Of a stretch of 64,000 nucleotides of DNA, positions 1 through 8,160 are shown piece after piece; the first letter of the stretch is position 1; every line of letters begins with the position of its first letter. Source of the DNA: Bacteroidota bacterium (GTDB lineage Bacteria > Bacteroidota > Rhodothermia > Rhodothermales > UBA10348); NCBI GenBank assembly GCA_029262835.1, contig JAJCYQ010000012.1, positions 3,503 to 67,502 on the forward strand, read 5' to 3'. The position numbers and the translations under genes are program-made. The notes under the pieces are model-generated. The model saw only the letters and a list, made by a program, of their open reading frames with translations, ran no database searches and was not told where the DNA came from.

Positions 1-214
1 ACTTGTCCCGGGCCGTCCAGCCTTCCGGTCCAGAACTACCACCGGGCAACAGCTCTCCACGTTCACGGGCCTCCTTTCTCCAGTTGTAGATCGTCGGAGC
101 AGAGATGCCTTCCTCTTCCGCAACTTCCTTCACCGTTCGATTATGCGGCGGGGCCAGCTTTGCGATGACTGCTTTCCTTCTCTCGTCTGAGTATTTCACA
201 GGATTTACCTCCAT
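1..214 (-). mobile_element. IS3-family transposase OrfA (HTH), 5' part only; runs off the left edge
   Basis: The minus-strand frame is open from ATG 214..212 to position 1. It translates to MEVNPVKYSDERRKAVIAKLAPPHNRTVKEVAEEEGISAPTIYNWRKEARERGELLPGGSSGPEGWTARDK, which fits the IS3/IS911 OrfA HTH pattern (KYS.E.K..V......SV.EVA.E.GIS..T.Y.W). It is absent from the ORF track because no stop lies inside the window. Confidence 0.7.
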
Positions 215-446
215 GTCCGCCCTTCTTAGAATCAAAGGTAAGGCAGGCGACATCTATCCTGATCGAGGGGGCAAGGGAGTTCGCATCCTTAGTTCCGCGA
301 TTGCAATATTCTCGAATCTCTCGAAGGACCTGAGATTTGCCTGAGTTGTTTGGCCCCACAAAAACGGTAACCGGACTTGGTGCGAATTTGTTTTTTTCAC
401 CTTCAGCAGTCCGCCCTGACTTTAATTCTAATTTCGTAACAATCAT
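141..446 (-). pseudogene. N-terminal fragment of a P-loop ATPase (OLD/AAA_21-like), apparently truncated by the IS element
   Basis: The ORF starts MIVTKLELK...VTVFVGPNNSGKSQVLREI, a Walker A ~30 aa from the N-terminus as in OLD-family and ABC-like defence ATPases. After ~75 aa it reads through into IS3 sequence (GGHGGKSCEILRREKESS is an alternate frame of the transposase start) and stops. The exact IS boundary (215 to ~330) cannot be determined. Confidence 0.5.
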
Positions 447-607
447 AACTCATTAGTAAATAGGTGCCACATAACACATCTTCTATGGAACAGCCTCCAT
501 TTGGCTTTTCCGGCGTATTCCGCCTACGGTTTGGCGAAGTATAACGGGTACAGGGGCTTCGCGCAAGGATTTCCGTTCAGTGTGCAGCCGATCTGCGGGC
601 CCGATTC

Positions 608-649
608 TTCCACATAGGACGCTTCCACATAGGACGCCACGTAGGACGC
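608..649. repeat. Tandem direct repeat TTCCACATAGGACGC x2 plus a partial third copy (CACGTAGGACGC)
   Basis: Read directly: ttccacataggacgc ttccacataggacgc cacgtaggacgc, 28 nt downstream of the multicopper oxidase stop. Confidence 0.9.
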
Positions 650-676
650 AGAACACGGAAGCCACGTACGCACCCC

Positions 677-2914
677 CTACTCCACCTCAAACGTCATCTT
701 CATGCCGCCCTCGAGGTGCTCGGCAATGTGGCAGTGCATCATCCACTGGCCGGGGTTGGTGAACTCGACGGCGATGTCGGCGGTCATGCCGGCCGGGATG
801 AGGACGGTATCTTTCCAGACCTGGTGCCGGACCGGGCGGCCGTTGTAGGACAGCACCAGGAAGCGCTGGCCGTGCAGGTGAATGGGGTGCTGCATGGCGT
901 GGGGCGAATCGCGGCGGTTCACTATTCGCAGGATTTCGGTAGATCCCCGGGCGAACGTCCAGTCGATGTCCATATTCTCGCGCCCGGTCAGTGGTTCGCG
1001 GATAACCCAGTCTACCTGCTGCGCGGTGGCGCTCCAGTTCATCATGGGCATGGTCCCTGTCCACTCGACGGGTTGGAACCACGACTGATCGGCACGGAGC
1101 AGCCAGTTCACAAGCGGCGGCACGGAGTGCGCCCGGATGAAAAGCTCCACTTCGCGATCTGGCACATACAAACTGTCCGCGCCGAGCTCCGCCTTTCGGG
1201 CAAGCGCCCGGCGGAAGCGCGTGTACTCGACCATCGGATCCATCCGTGGCCGCGGCGTGGGCCCGCGCGATGCCCAGCGGTTGACGCGCGCCGAATCGAC
1301 CATCACGAACCCCAGCGTATCGATCTCCGGGAAGAACACGCCCGCCGTGTGGTCGAGCGACTGCACGCGATTCGTGATCGCGTAGCGCCCCGCCTCGGGT
1401 AGCACAACATCTGCCGTGTACCGCTCGGCCGGCGCGATGGCCATGCTTTCCTCCCACACCGGATCGGAATACAGCCCAAGATCCGACCCCATGACCTGCA
1501 TGGCATGCCCCTCAATGCTCACGTTCCAGGTCCGCGTGTTCGATACGTTCGTCACGAAAAGCCGCAGCGTATCGAACCGCGCCACGTTGAGCGTCACGCG
1601 CTCTTCCCCATTGACAAGCGGCACGTTCCCGAACCGCCCCATGAGCATGTAATTCGCCGCCTCTTTCCCGTAGGGCACGTTTCCGCCCGCATCACCCGAA
1701 TTTCCCGGGCTACCAGGCGCAATCGTCAAATCGTCAAGCACCAGGATTTCTTCGCTCGATACGTACGGCAGCGCTTCGAACGCAGGCGGGCGAACAAGCA
1801 TATTGCCGTAGAGCCCGAGGTCCTGCTGCACCTCTTCGCGGTGGTGCGGGTGATACCAGTAGAGGCCTGCATCCGGAAAATGGACCTCGTACTCGAACGT
1901 TTCGCCGGGCGGCACGGGGTCCTGCGTCAGCCCAGGCACGCCATCGAACCGATTTTCGTGCCGCAGGCCGTGCCAGTGGATGGAACTGGCGAATGGGGCG
2001 TCGTTTTTAAATGTAACATTTATTGTTACATTTTTTTCGACATGGAGGAGGGGGCCGGGGATTTGCCCGTTGTAGCCCAGCATGGCCAGATCCCGGCCCC
2101 CCACGCGCTTCCGGACGGGGTAGGCGTGGAGCGTGAGCGAATCGCCATTGGAAAGGAAAAGCGTCTCCCGCGGGCGGGCCTCCGGAAGCGCGGCGACGTC
2201 CCCCGAGGGCGCCAACTCGGTCGATGGAACCCACGGCGCAACGTCCGGGCGCAGCGTATGCATGGCATCGGACATCCGAACGCCGGGGTGCATCGCGGGC
2301 ATGGGCCAGTCCGCAGCGCCCGCCGCCTGACCGCCAGCCCCGTGCGCGTGACCGTCCTCGGCGTGCGCATCTCCCCGAACCGGGCCGCCCGCAGGATCCG
2401 CGAACGCCGATATCTGAAACAGGTCGTGCGGCTCGAGGCGACTCGACGGCGATCGGCCGCGCAGCACGAGGGGCCCCGCGCGCTCGGTTGCCAGCGGGCT
2501 GTCCTCGAGGCTTACGAGCACCATGAATTTGTTCAGCGCGACCTCACCAAGGTGCGTCGTTCCATTTCCGATCCGGCCCAGACGCACCACCGGGTCGAGG
2601 TCGAGCGGCATGACCCACGCCATATAGACCGATCCCTGTGGCGCGGCCGGCAGTCCCTCGACGTGCGCCACCAGTTCATACCGCTGATGCCCGTCGCGCG
2701 ACACCGCCACCCCGAACGCCGACGCCGGCCGCGCCAGCTCCAGGCTCGCCTTCGCCCCGACATACGACGCCGTCGGCACCAGTTCCATGCAGTACAGCGA
2801 AAGCGGTTTGCATTCGGCACGTGACATCTGCGCCTCGGCTGCCGTCAGACCGCCCAACGCCGTCCAAAACAAAAAACCCAGCAAAAAAACCCGAATCCTG
2901 TTTATCACGCTCAT
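677..2914 (-). CDS. Multicopper oxidase (CopA/CueO-like) with a long N-terminal extension and a Met/His-rich segment
   Basis: Cupredoxin copper-ligand motifs are present: SSIHWHGL, WYHPHH, HPIHLHG and C-terminal HCHIAEHLEGGM. A His/Met-rich stretch reads GDAHAEDGHAHG...MPAMHPGVRMSDAMH. The start was moved to ATG 2914, which gives the signal peptide MSVINRIRVFLLGFLFWTALGGLTAAEA. Confidence 0.85.
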   Translation of the reverse strand: MSVINRIRVFLLGFLFWTALGGLTAAEAQMSRAECKPLSLYCMELVPTASYVGAKASLELARPASAFGVAVSRDGHQRYELVAHVEGLPAAPQGSVYMAWVMPLDLDPVVRLGRIGNGTTHLGEVALNKFMVLVSLEDSPLATERAGPLVLRGRSPSSRLEPHDLFQISAFADPAGGPVRGDAHAEDGHAHGAGGQAAGAADWPMPAMHPGVRMSDAMHTLRPDVAPWVPSTELAPSGDVAALPEARPRETLFLSNGDSLTLHAYPVRKRVGGRDLAMLGYNGQIPGPLLHVEKNVTINVTFKNDAPFASSIHWHGLRHENRFDGVPGLTQDPVPPGETFEYEVHFPDAGLYWYHPHHREEVQQDLGLYGNMLVRPPAFEALPYVSSEEILVLDDLTIAPGSPGNSGDAGGNVPYGKEAANYMLMGRFGNVPLVNGEERVTLNVARFDTLRLFVTNVSNTRTWNVSIEGHAMQVMGSDLGLYSDPVWEESMAIAPAERYTADVVLPEAGRYAITNRVQSLDHTAGVFFPEIDTLGFVMVDSARVNRWASRGPTPRPRMDPMVEYTRFRRALARKAELGADSLYVPDREVELFIRAHSVPPLVNWLLRADQSWFQPVEWTGTMPMMNWSATAQQVDWVIREPLTGRENMDIDWTFARGSTEILRIVNRRDSPHAMQHPIHLHGQRFLVLSYNGRPVRHQVWKDTVLIPAGMTADIAVEFTNPGQWMMHCHIAEHLEGGMKMTFEVE

Positions 2915-3204
2915 TCCTGACCCGGTTCTTCCGGCAACTGCGCCGAGTGCCATACGCCTACCACTACAACGACGTTTTTCTCCATGCGGTAGAAAAACCG
3001 GTATGGCGACACGATTACCTCCCTATATGGCGAATCCGGGAATTCGGGCAAAACCCTGCCCGATTCCGGGTACATTATGAGACGGTCCAATGCAGTCAAT
3101 GTACGACTGCGCATTCGCTCGGCGGCCAACGGTTTATCGCCTGCAATATGGTGGAGCGCTGAGTAGAATTGTGCACGGGCACCTGTCGTAAACCGGAGCT
3201 TCAT
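2911..3204 (-). CDS. parE: ParE/RelE-family type II toxin
   Basis: 97 aa with the ParE-like pattern ...ALDRLIMYPESGRV...YREVIVSPYRFFYRMEKNVVVVVGVWH. There is an ATGA overlap with the upstream antitoxin gene (3201-3204). Confidence 0.75.
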   Translation of the reverse strand: MKLRFTTGARAQFYSALHHIAGDKPLAAERMRSRTLTALDRLIMYPESGRVLPEFPDSPYREVIVSPYRFFYRMEKNVVVVVGVWHSAQLPEEPGQE

Positions 3205-3533
3205 CGATAACTGTCGAGAATTCGGTCCGCCTCTTCGAAAACCTCTTCCATGGAATGGGTGGCCCCTGCGGCAATATCCTTCTCTCCCTGAATCAGGATT
3301 TTAAGTATTTCCAGTTCCCGTTGAGACCTTTCGTACGATGCCGCACTGACCATAACAGCAGCCGCTCGCCCCCGCTGCGTGATGACAACGGGGTCAGAAG
3401 ACAGGGCCATGTCCTTGACAATACCGGCCGCCTCCTTTCGGAGCTCAGAAATGGGGATGATTTTCGGAACTGCTCTCACAATGACACCTTTTATGCTACT
3501 GTTACACGTACAACTGTATGTACCTGTTGACAA
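3201..3533 (-). CDS. Phd/YefM-family antitoxin
   Basis: Phd/YefM N-terminal pattern IPISELRKEAAGIVKDMALSSDPVVITQRGRAAAVMVSAASYE. The track ORF begins at a TTG, so the true start may be an internal GTG ~16 codons in. Confidence 0.75.
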   Translation of the reverse strand: MSTGTYSCTCNSSIKGVIVRAVPKIIPISELRKEAAGIVKDMALSSDPVVITQRGRAAAVMVSAASYERSQRELEILKILIQGEKDIAAGATHSMEEVFEEADRILDSYR

Positions 3534-3544
3534 CTGGTTCCTGG

Positions 3545-5590
3545 CTACCCCCCCAACTCCCTCTGGATCTGCTCGATCGTGTCGCGGAGTTCGGCGGCGC
3601 GTTCGAAGGCCATCTCGCCGGCGGCATCCATCATTTCCTCTTTGAGCTGCTTCATGAGGTCGCGCTTCTGGTCGTCCGAGAGGTACTGGATGACAGGGTC
3701 GGCGACCTTTTTGAGCTGGTCCGGCCCGTCGTAGTAGCGGGATGCAGGGCCGCCCTCGTGGTATTTTTCCTCGGCAATCACGGTGCCCGCCATGATCTGG
3801 TCGCGTGATTTGAGCACCGTCCGCGGCGTAATGCCGTGCTCCTCGTTGTAGGCCAGCTGGATTTCGCGGCGGCGCTCGGTTTCTTCCATCATGCGCTGCA
3901 TGGATCCCGTCACGGTGTCGGCGTACATGAAGACCTTCGAGTTCACGTTCCGCGCGGCGCGGCCCGCCGTCTGGATGAGCGAGCGGTCCGAGCGCAGAAA
4001 GCCCTCCTTGTCGGCATCCATGATGGCAACGAGCGATACCTCGGGCAGGTCGAGCCCCTCGCGCAGCAGGTTGACGCCGATCAGCACATCGAACTCGCCA
4101 AGCCGCAGGCCGCGCAGGATTTCGACGCGCTCGAGCGAATCGATATCGGAGTGGAGGTAGCGCACCGCGAGGCCGTATCCATCCAGATAATCCGAGAGGT
4201 CCTCGGCCATCCGCTTGGTGAGCGTTGTAACCAGCACGCGCTCGTTCCGGTCCACGACAATCTTGATCTCCTCGAGCAGGTCATCGATCTGGTTCGTGGT
4301 CGGCCGCACTTCGACGGCCGGATCGGCAATGCCCGTCGGGCGGATGATCTGCTCGACGAAGACGCCCCCGGTTTCTTCCATTTCGTAGTCGCCGGGCGTC
4401 GCGCTCACAAACACGACGTTCGTCATCTTGTCCTCAAATTCCTCGAACGTCATGGGCCGGTTGTCGAGTGCCGACGGCAGCCGGAATCCGTGCTCGACCA
4501 GGTTCAGCTTGCGCGCGCGGTCGCCGTTGTACATGGCCCTGACCTGCGGAATGGTGACGTGGCTCTCGTCAATCACCATCATGAAATCTTCCGGGAAGTA
4601 ATCGAGCAGGCAGTACGGGCGCTCGCCGGGGGCGCGCCCCGTGAGGTGCCGCGAGTAGTTCTCGACGCCGCTGCAGTAGCCGACTTCCTTCAGCATCTCG
4701 ATGTCAAACATGGTGCGCTGTTCGAGCCGCGCGGCCTCGAGCATCATGCCGTTCTCGCGCAGCACAGCCAGGCGCCAGTTCAGTTCTTCCTGGATGGATG
4801 CAACCGCTTTCTCTACCTGCTCCTTCGGCGTGACGAAGATTTTGGCCGGATAAATGGTCAGATACGGCTCCGACGAGCGCTCCTTGCCGGTCAGCGGATC
4901 GAACACGCTGATTTTTTCGATCTCATCTCCCCACAGCTCAATCCGGTAGGCTTCGGTCTCGGCGTAGGCGGGAAAGATTTCTATCACATCGCCCCGGACC
5001 CGGAACGTGCCGGGCGCGAAGTTGACGTCATTCCGGGCATAGTGGATGGAGATCAGGCCCCGCAGGAACTCGTTGCGCACGAGCGTATCGCCCTTTTTCA
5101 GCTGCACGACCTGTTTGCGGTATTCTTCGGGAGATCCGAGGCCGTAGATACAGCTCACGCTCGCGACCACAATCACGTCGCGCCGCCCCGAAATAAGCGA
5201 GCTCGTCGCGCGCAGCCGCAGCCTGTCTATCTGCTCGTTGATGGACATGTCCTTCTCGATGTAGGTATCCGAGTGGACGATGTAGGCTTCCGGCTGATAG
5301 TAGTCGTAGTAGGAGATGAAGAACTCGACGGCGTTGTCCGGGAAGAAGTGCTTCAGCTCGGCGAAGAGCTGCGCCGCGAGCGTCTTGTTGTGGCTCATGA
5401 CGAGCGTCGGGCGGCCAGCCTCCGCAATCACGTGCGACATGGTGAAGGTTTTCCCGGTCCCCGTCGCGCCGAGCAGCGTCTGCGCGCGGTCGCCCCGCTC
5501 CATGCCCTCAAGAAGCTCGGCTATGGCCGTCGGCTGATCGCCGGTCGGCACGAAATCACTCTGTACACGGAATGGAATGTCGGTCTGCAT
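3545..5590 (-). CDS. uvrB: Excinuclease ABC subunit B
   Basis: N-terminus [17 protein letters not shown], Walker A GATGTGKT, a DESH box, a helicase C region and a C-terminal UVR motif ([18 protein letters not shown]). Start set at ATG 5590. Confidence 0.95.
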   Translation of the reverse strand: MQTDIPFRVQSDFVPTGDQPTAIAELLEGMERGDRAQTLLGATGTGKTFTMSHVIAEAGRPTLVMSHNKTLAAQLFAELKHFFPDNAVEFFISYYDYYQPEAYIVHSDTYIEKDMSINEQIDRLRLRATSSLISGRRDVIVVASVSCIYGLGSPEEYRKQVVQLKKGDTLVRNEFLRGLISIHYARNDVNFAPGTFRVRGDVIEIFPAYAETEAYRIELWGDEIEKISVFDPLTGKERSSEPYLTIYPAKIFVTPKEQVEKAVASIQEELNWRLAVLRENGMMLEAARLEQRTMFDIEMLKEVGYCSGVENYSRHLTGRAPGERPYCLLDYFPEDFMMVIDESHVTIPQVRAMYNGDRARKLNLVEHGFRLPSALDNRPMTFEEFEDKMTNVVFVSATPGDYEMEETGGVFVEQIIRPTGIADPAVEVRPTTNQIDDLLEEIKIVVDRNERVLVTTLTKRMAEDLSDYLDGYGLAVRYLHSDIDSLERVEILRGLRLGEFDVLIGVNLLREGLDLPEVSLVAIMDADKEGFLRSDRSLIQTAGRAARNVNSKVFMYADTVTGSMQRMMEETERRREIQLAYNEEHGITPRTVLKSRDQIMAGTVIAEEKYHEGGPASRYYDGPDQLKKVADPVIQYLSDDQKRDLMKQLKEEMMDAAGEMAFERAAELRDTIEQIQRELGG

Positions 5591-5658
5591 GCGGCGAACG
5601 AGGGCGGAGACTGTTACCTTGATGTCCAGTAACACGCCGCCGCGCAATTCGATCCATT

Positions 5659-6786
5659 ATGCAATCCATCCATCGATCCATGAAACTGCCCATTGCCCTC
5701 ATGCTTCTTGGCCTCGTCGCCAGCCCCCTTCTGGCGCAGGAGCGCGACCACGTGACGGTCGAGGACTACGATCCCGTGACGCTCCTCAAGGTCCCCACGC
5801 ACGAGGTGACGGCGGCCAAATACCCGTTCGTGGACGTGCATAGTCACTGGTTCGGGGCATCGACCATGCGGGCGGGCCAGATCGATACACTCGTCCAGGA
5901 AATGGACGGCATGAACATGGCCGTGATCGTGAACCTCTCGGGGTGGTCGGGGGAGCGCCTCGCCGAAGGCATTGAGAACATGGAGGGGCGGCATCCATCG
6001 CGCGTCGTGACGTTCGCCAATCTGGATTTCGAGGGATTCGGAACGGATGAGTGGACGCGCGGCGCGGTGCGCCAGCTCAGGGAGGATGTCGAGGTGCACG
6101 GTGCGCGCGGTCTCAAAATCTACAAGAGTCTGGGGATGCGCACGGTCGATGTGGACGGCAACCGCGTCGCGGTGGATGATCCGCGGCTGGGCCCCATCTG
6201 GGCATTGGCAGGCGAGCTCGGCATTCCGGTCCTCATCCACTCGGCGGACCCGATGGGGTTCTGGCTGCCGAAGGATGAGCACAACGAGAAGTGGCTCGAG
6301 CTCAAGCTGCGCCCGCAGCGCTGGATGCTGCCGCTCGGCGGTCCGTCCTTCGAGGACCTGCTGGCCGAGCAGCACCGCGTGTTTGCCCGCCACCCGGAAA
6401 CGACGTTCATCAACGCACACCTCGGCTGGCTGGCGCCGGACCTTGGGCGCCTCGGCGAGCTCTTCGACCGGTATCCGAATGTCTATTCCGAGGTTGGCGC
6501 CGTGCTCTATGACCTTGGGCGGCAGCCGTTTACGGCCCGCGAGTTCCTGACGCGGTACAAAGACCGGATTCTTTTTGGCAAGGATGCCTACGCGGTCGAA
6601 GAGTACCACACGTACTTCCGCACGTTCGAAACGCGCGACGAGTATTTCGACTACTACCGCAAGTACCACGCGCAGTGGAAACTCTACGGGCTCGACCTGC
6701 CCGACGACGTGCTGCGCCACATCTACTACAAGAACGCACTGCGCATTATTCCGGGGCTGGATCCGGCGCTGTTTCCGGTGGAGTAG
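5659..6786 (+). CDS. Amidohydrolase-family (TIM-barrel metal hydrolase, amidohydrolase_2-like) secreted protein
   Basis: Signal peptide MKLPIALMLLGLVASPLLAQ, metal-binding DVHSHW near the N-terminus, and later LIHSADP and NAHLG motifs typical of the family. Confidence 0.7.
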   Translation: MQSIHRSMKLPIALMLLGLVASPLLAQERDHVTVEDYDPVTLLKVPTHEVTAAKYPFVDVHSHWFGASTMRAGQIDTLVQEMDGMNMAVIVNLSGWSGERLAEGIENMEGRHPSRVVTFANLDFEGFGTDEWTRGAVRQLREDVEVHGARGLKIYKSLGMRTVDVDGNRVAVDDPRLGPIWALAGELGIPVLIHSADPMGFWLPKDEHNEKWLELKLRPQRWMLPLGGPSFEDLLAEQHRVFARHPETTFINAHLGWLAPDLGRLGELFDRYPNVYSEVGAVLYDLGRQPFTAREFLTRYKDRILFGKDAYAVEEYHTYFRTFETRDEYFDYYRKYHAQWKLYGLDLPDDVLRHIYYKNALRIIPGLDPALFPVE

Positions 6787-8140
6787 ACGTTGATGATGCA
6801 TCACCGGTAAATATGCCCAGCAGGTCCTGGATCCGCCGGGGGATGGCCGAGGGACGGCTTCCTGTGCTGGCGCCGCTGCTCTGCCGGACCGCCGAAAGAA
6901 GTACTTCAAGCGCGGCGTGGGGGCGGTAGGCCCGGAGAAACGCCGTGGCCTGTTTCTCTATGAGTTTCCAGCGTCCAGAGATGGAAGTGGCAGCGCCGTA
7001 TTCGGGGCTCGCTTCCTGTGCCTGTCCCCGCGCCGGTTTCCGCGCGGAGGCCACGACCTCGGCCGCCCATGCCCCTCGTTGCAGGATATCTTCGGACCAT
7101 GGAATAGGCTTCGATGGGGCCGCCGCGAGGAGCAGGCCGAGGCGAAGCGCCTCGACGCTGTGATTTTCCAGAACGGAGCGGACGGTGACGGCATTGCCGA
7201 GACTTTTCCCCATCTTCGTTGTCGACATGAGCACCATGTCGTGTCCGTGGTAGCGCCGCATGGGAACGGGCGAGGTCATGAGACCGACTTCGTGCAGGAA
7301 CCGGGCGAGCCCGAGATACAGGAGCGGGTAGATCCAGGTGTCGTATCCGCCGTGGAATATGTCGATTCCTGCCAACGGCGCCCCTGGAGCGCCCGCGCGC
7401 TGGCCGGGCGCCGCAAACGGCTCGGCTTCCGGATCCCAGGCGACAAAGCACCAGAGATCGTCGAGCACGCAGTCGAGCGTGTTGGGGTCGGGCTCGGCGG
7501 TTCGGACACCGCAGGAGGGGCAGGTCATGGGGACAGGAGCTGTCCAGGGGAGCAGGTCGTCGGGAATGGCAACAGGCCCGCATCCATCACACAAAACCAT
7601 CGGGACGGGGGTGCCGTACGGACAGGGCCGCGACACGCGCCACGGCCCGAGCTCCCGGCCGTGCCCGGCGAGGATGTTTTTGGCCCGCTGCGACCATTCG
7701 GGAAGGGCGGCGAGCGTGGCGGCGCCGTCAAGCCCGGTGCGTGCATCCATTGGAGTGATCCAGACCTTCTCGTCCGCATGCCAGTGCGCGCGGCCATGCT
7801 GCACAAGGAGTTGGAAGAGGCGCTGTGTGGAGCGCATCATGGAGGCGTCGTTTGTCGAGCGGATGCGCGCGTAGTCGTAGCTGAGACGCAGGCGCTGGAA
7901 GTCCTCCGTCATGCGCGCGGCGACGCGGCGTGAGAAGGTGTGCGGATCTACGCCCTCGGCCTGGGCGCGCTCCAGGATGGGCCACCCGTAGGCGTCGAAA
8001 TTGGTCGTGTAGATGACGTCGAAGCCTTCGAGCCGGTGGAAACGGGCGTCGACATCGCCCAGCACATAGTTGCGCGCGTGTCCGACGTGCAGATCGCCGT
8101 TGGTGAACGGCGCGGAATCGAACGCAACGTATGGCAGCAT
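6746..8140 (-). CDS. Class I aminoacyl-tRNA synthetase-like protein, LeuRS-type catalytic core without CP1 editing or C-terminal domains
   Basis: HIGH-type LHVGHARNY and KMSKS-type KMGKS motifs. LeuRS-like blocks: NFDAYGWPILERA, LRLSYDYAR, PWRVSRPCPYGTPVPMVLC.GCGPVAIPDDLLP, LDCVLDDLWCF, IDIFHGGYDTWIYPLLYL, ALRLGLLLAAAPSKPIPW. At 464 aa it is far shorter than the ~800+ aa of canonical LeuRS. Confidence 0.7.
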   Translation of the reverse strand: MLPYVAFDSAPFTNGDLHVGHARNYVLGDVDARFHRLEGFDVIYTTNFDAYGWPILERAQAEGVDPHTFSRRVAARMTEDFQRLRLSYDYARIRSTNDASMMRSTQRLFQLLVQHGRAHWHADEKVWITPMDARTGLDGAATLAALPEWSQRAKNILAGHGRELGPWRVSRPCPYGTPVPMVLCDGCGPVAIPDDLLPWTAPVPMTCPSCGVRTAEPDPNTLDCVLDDLWCFVAWDPEAEPFAAPGQRAGAPGAPLAGIDIFHGGYDTWIYPLLYLGLARFLHEVGLMTSPVPMRRYHGHDMVLMSTTKMGKSLGNAVTVRSVLENHSVEALRLGLLLAAAPSKPIPWSEDILQRGAWAAEVVASARKPARGQAQEASPEYGAATSISGRWKLIEKQATAFLRAYRPHAALEVLLSAVRQSSGASTGSRPSAIPRRIQDLLGIFTGDASSTSTPPETAPDPAPE

Positions 8141-8160
8141 GAGTACAACTGGATTGTACG

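Noticed and set aside
608-649. Possible CRISPR array. The same idea was considered for 63453-63600.
   Set aside because: The repeats are only 12-25 bp, directly abutting or irregularly spaced, with no unique spacers of regular length. There are no cas genes in the window.
2003-2037. AT-rich perfect 10-bp-arm palindrome (AAATGTAACA-TTTAT-TGTTACATTT) inside the GC-rich multicopper oxidase gene.
   Set aside because: It encodes the conserved cupredoxin strand EKNVTINVTFKND. The symmetry arises from the NVT-I-NVT peptide repeat, so it is probably a coding coincidence. The local AT-rich codon choice is still odd.
3836-5632. 598-aa plus-strand ORF opposite uvrB. Similar long antisense ORFs occur at 1505-2824, 5614-6909, 8372-9325, 8955-9974, 16044-17774, 26398-27576, 30702-32393, 41952-42662 and 50344-51723.
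   Set aside because: Each lies antisense to a gene with unmistakable family motifs. Each has an Arg/Ala/Gly/His-rich composition with no recognisable domain. These are the shadow ORFs expected in high-GC DNA.
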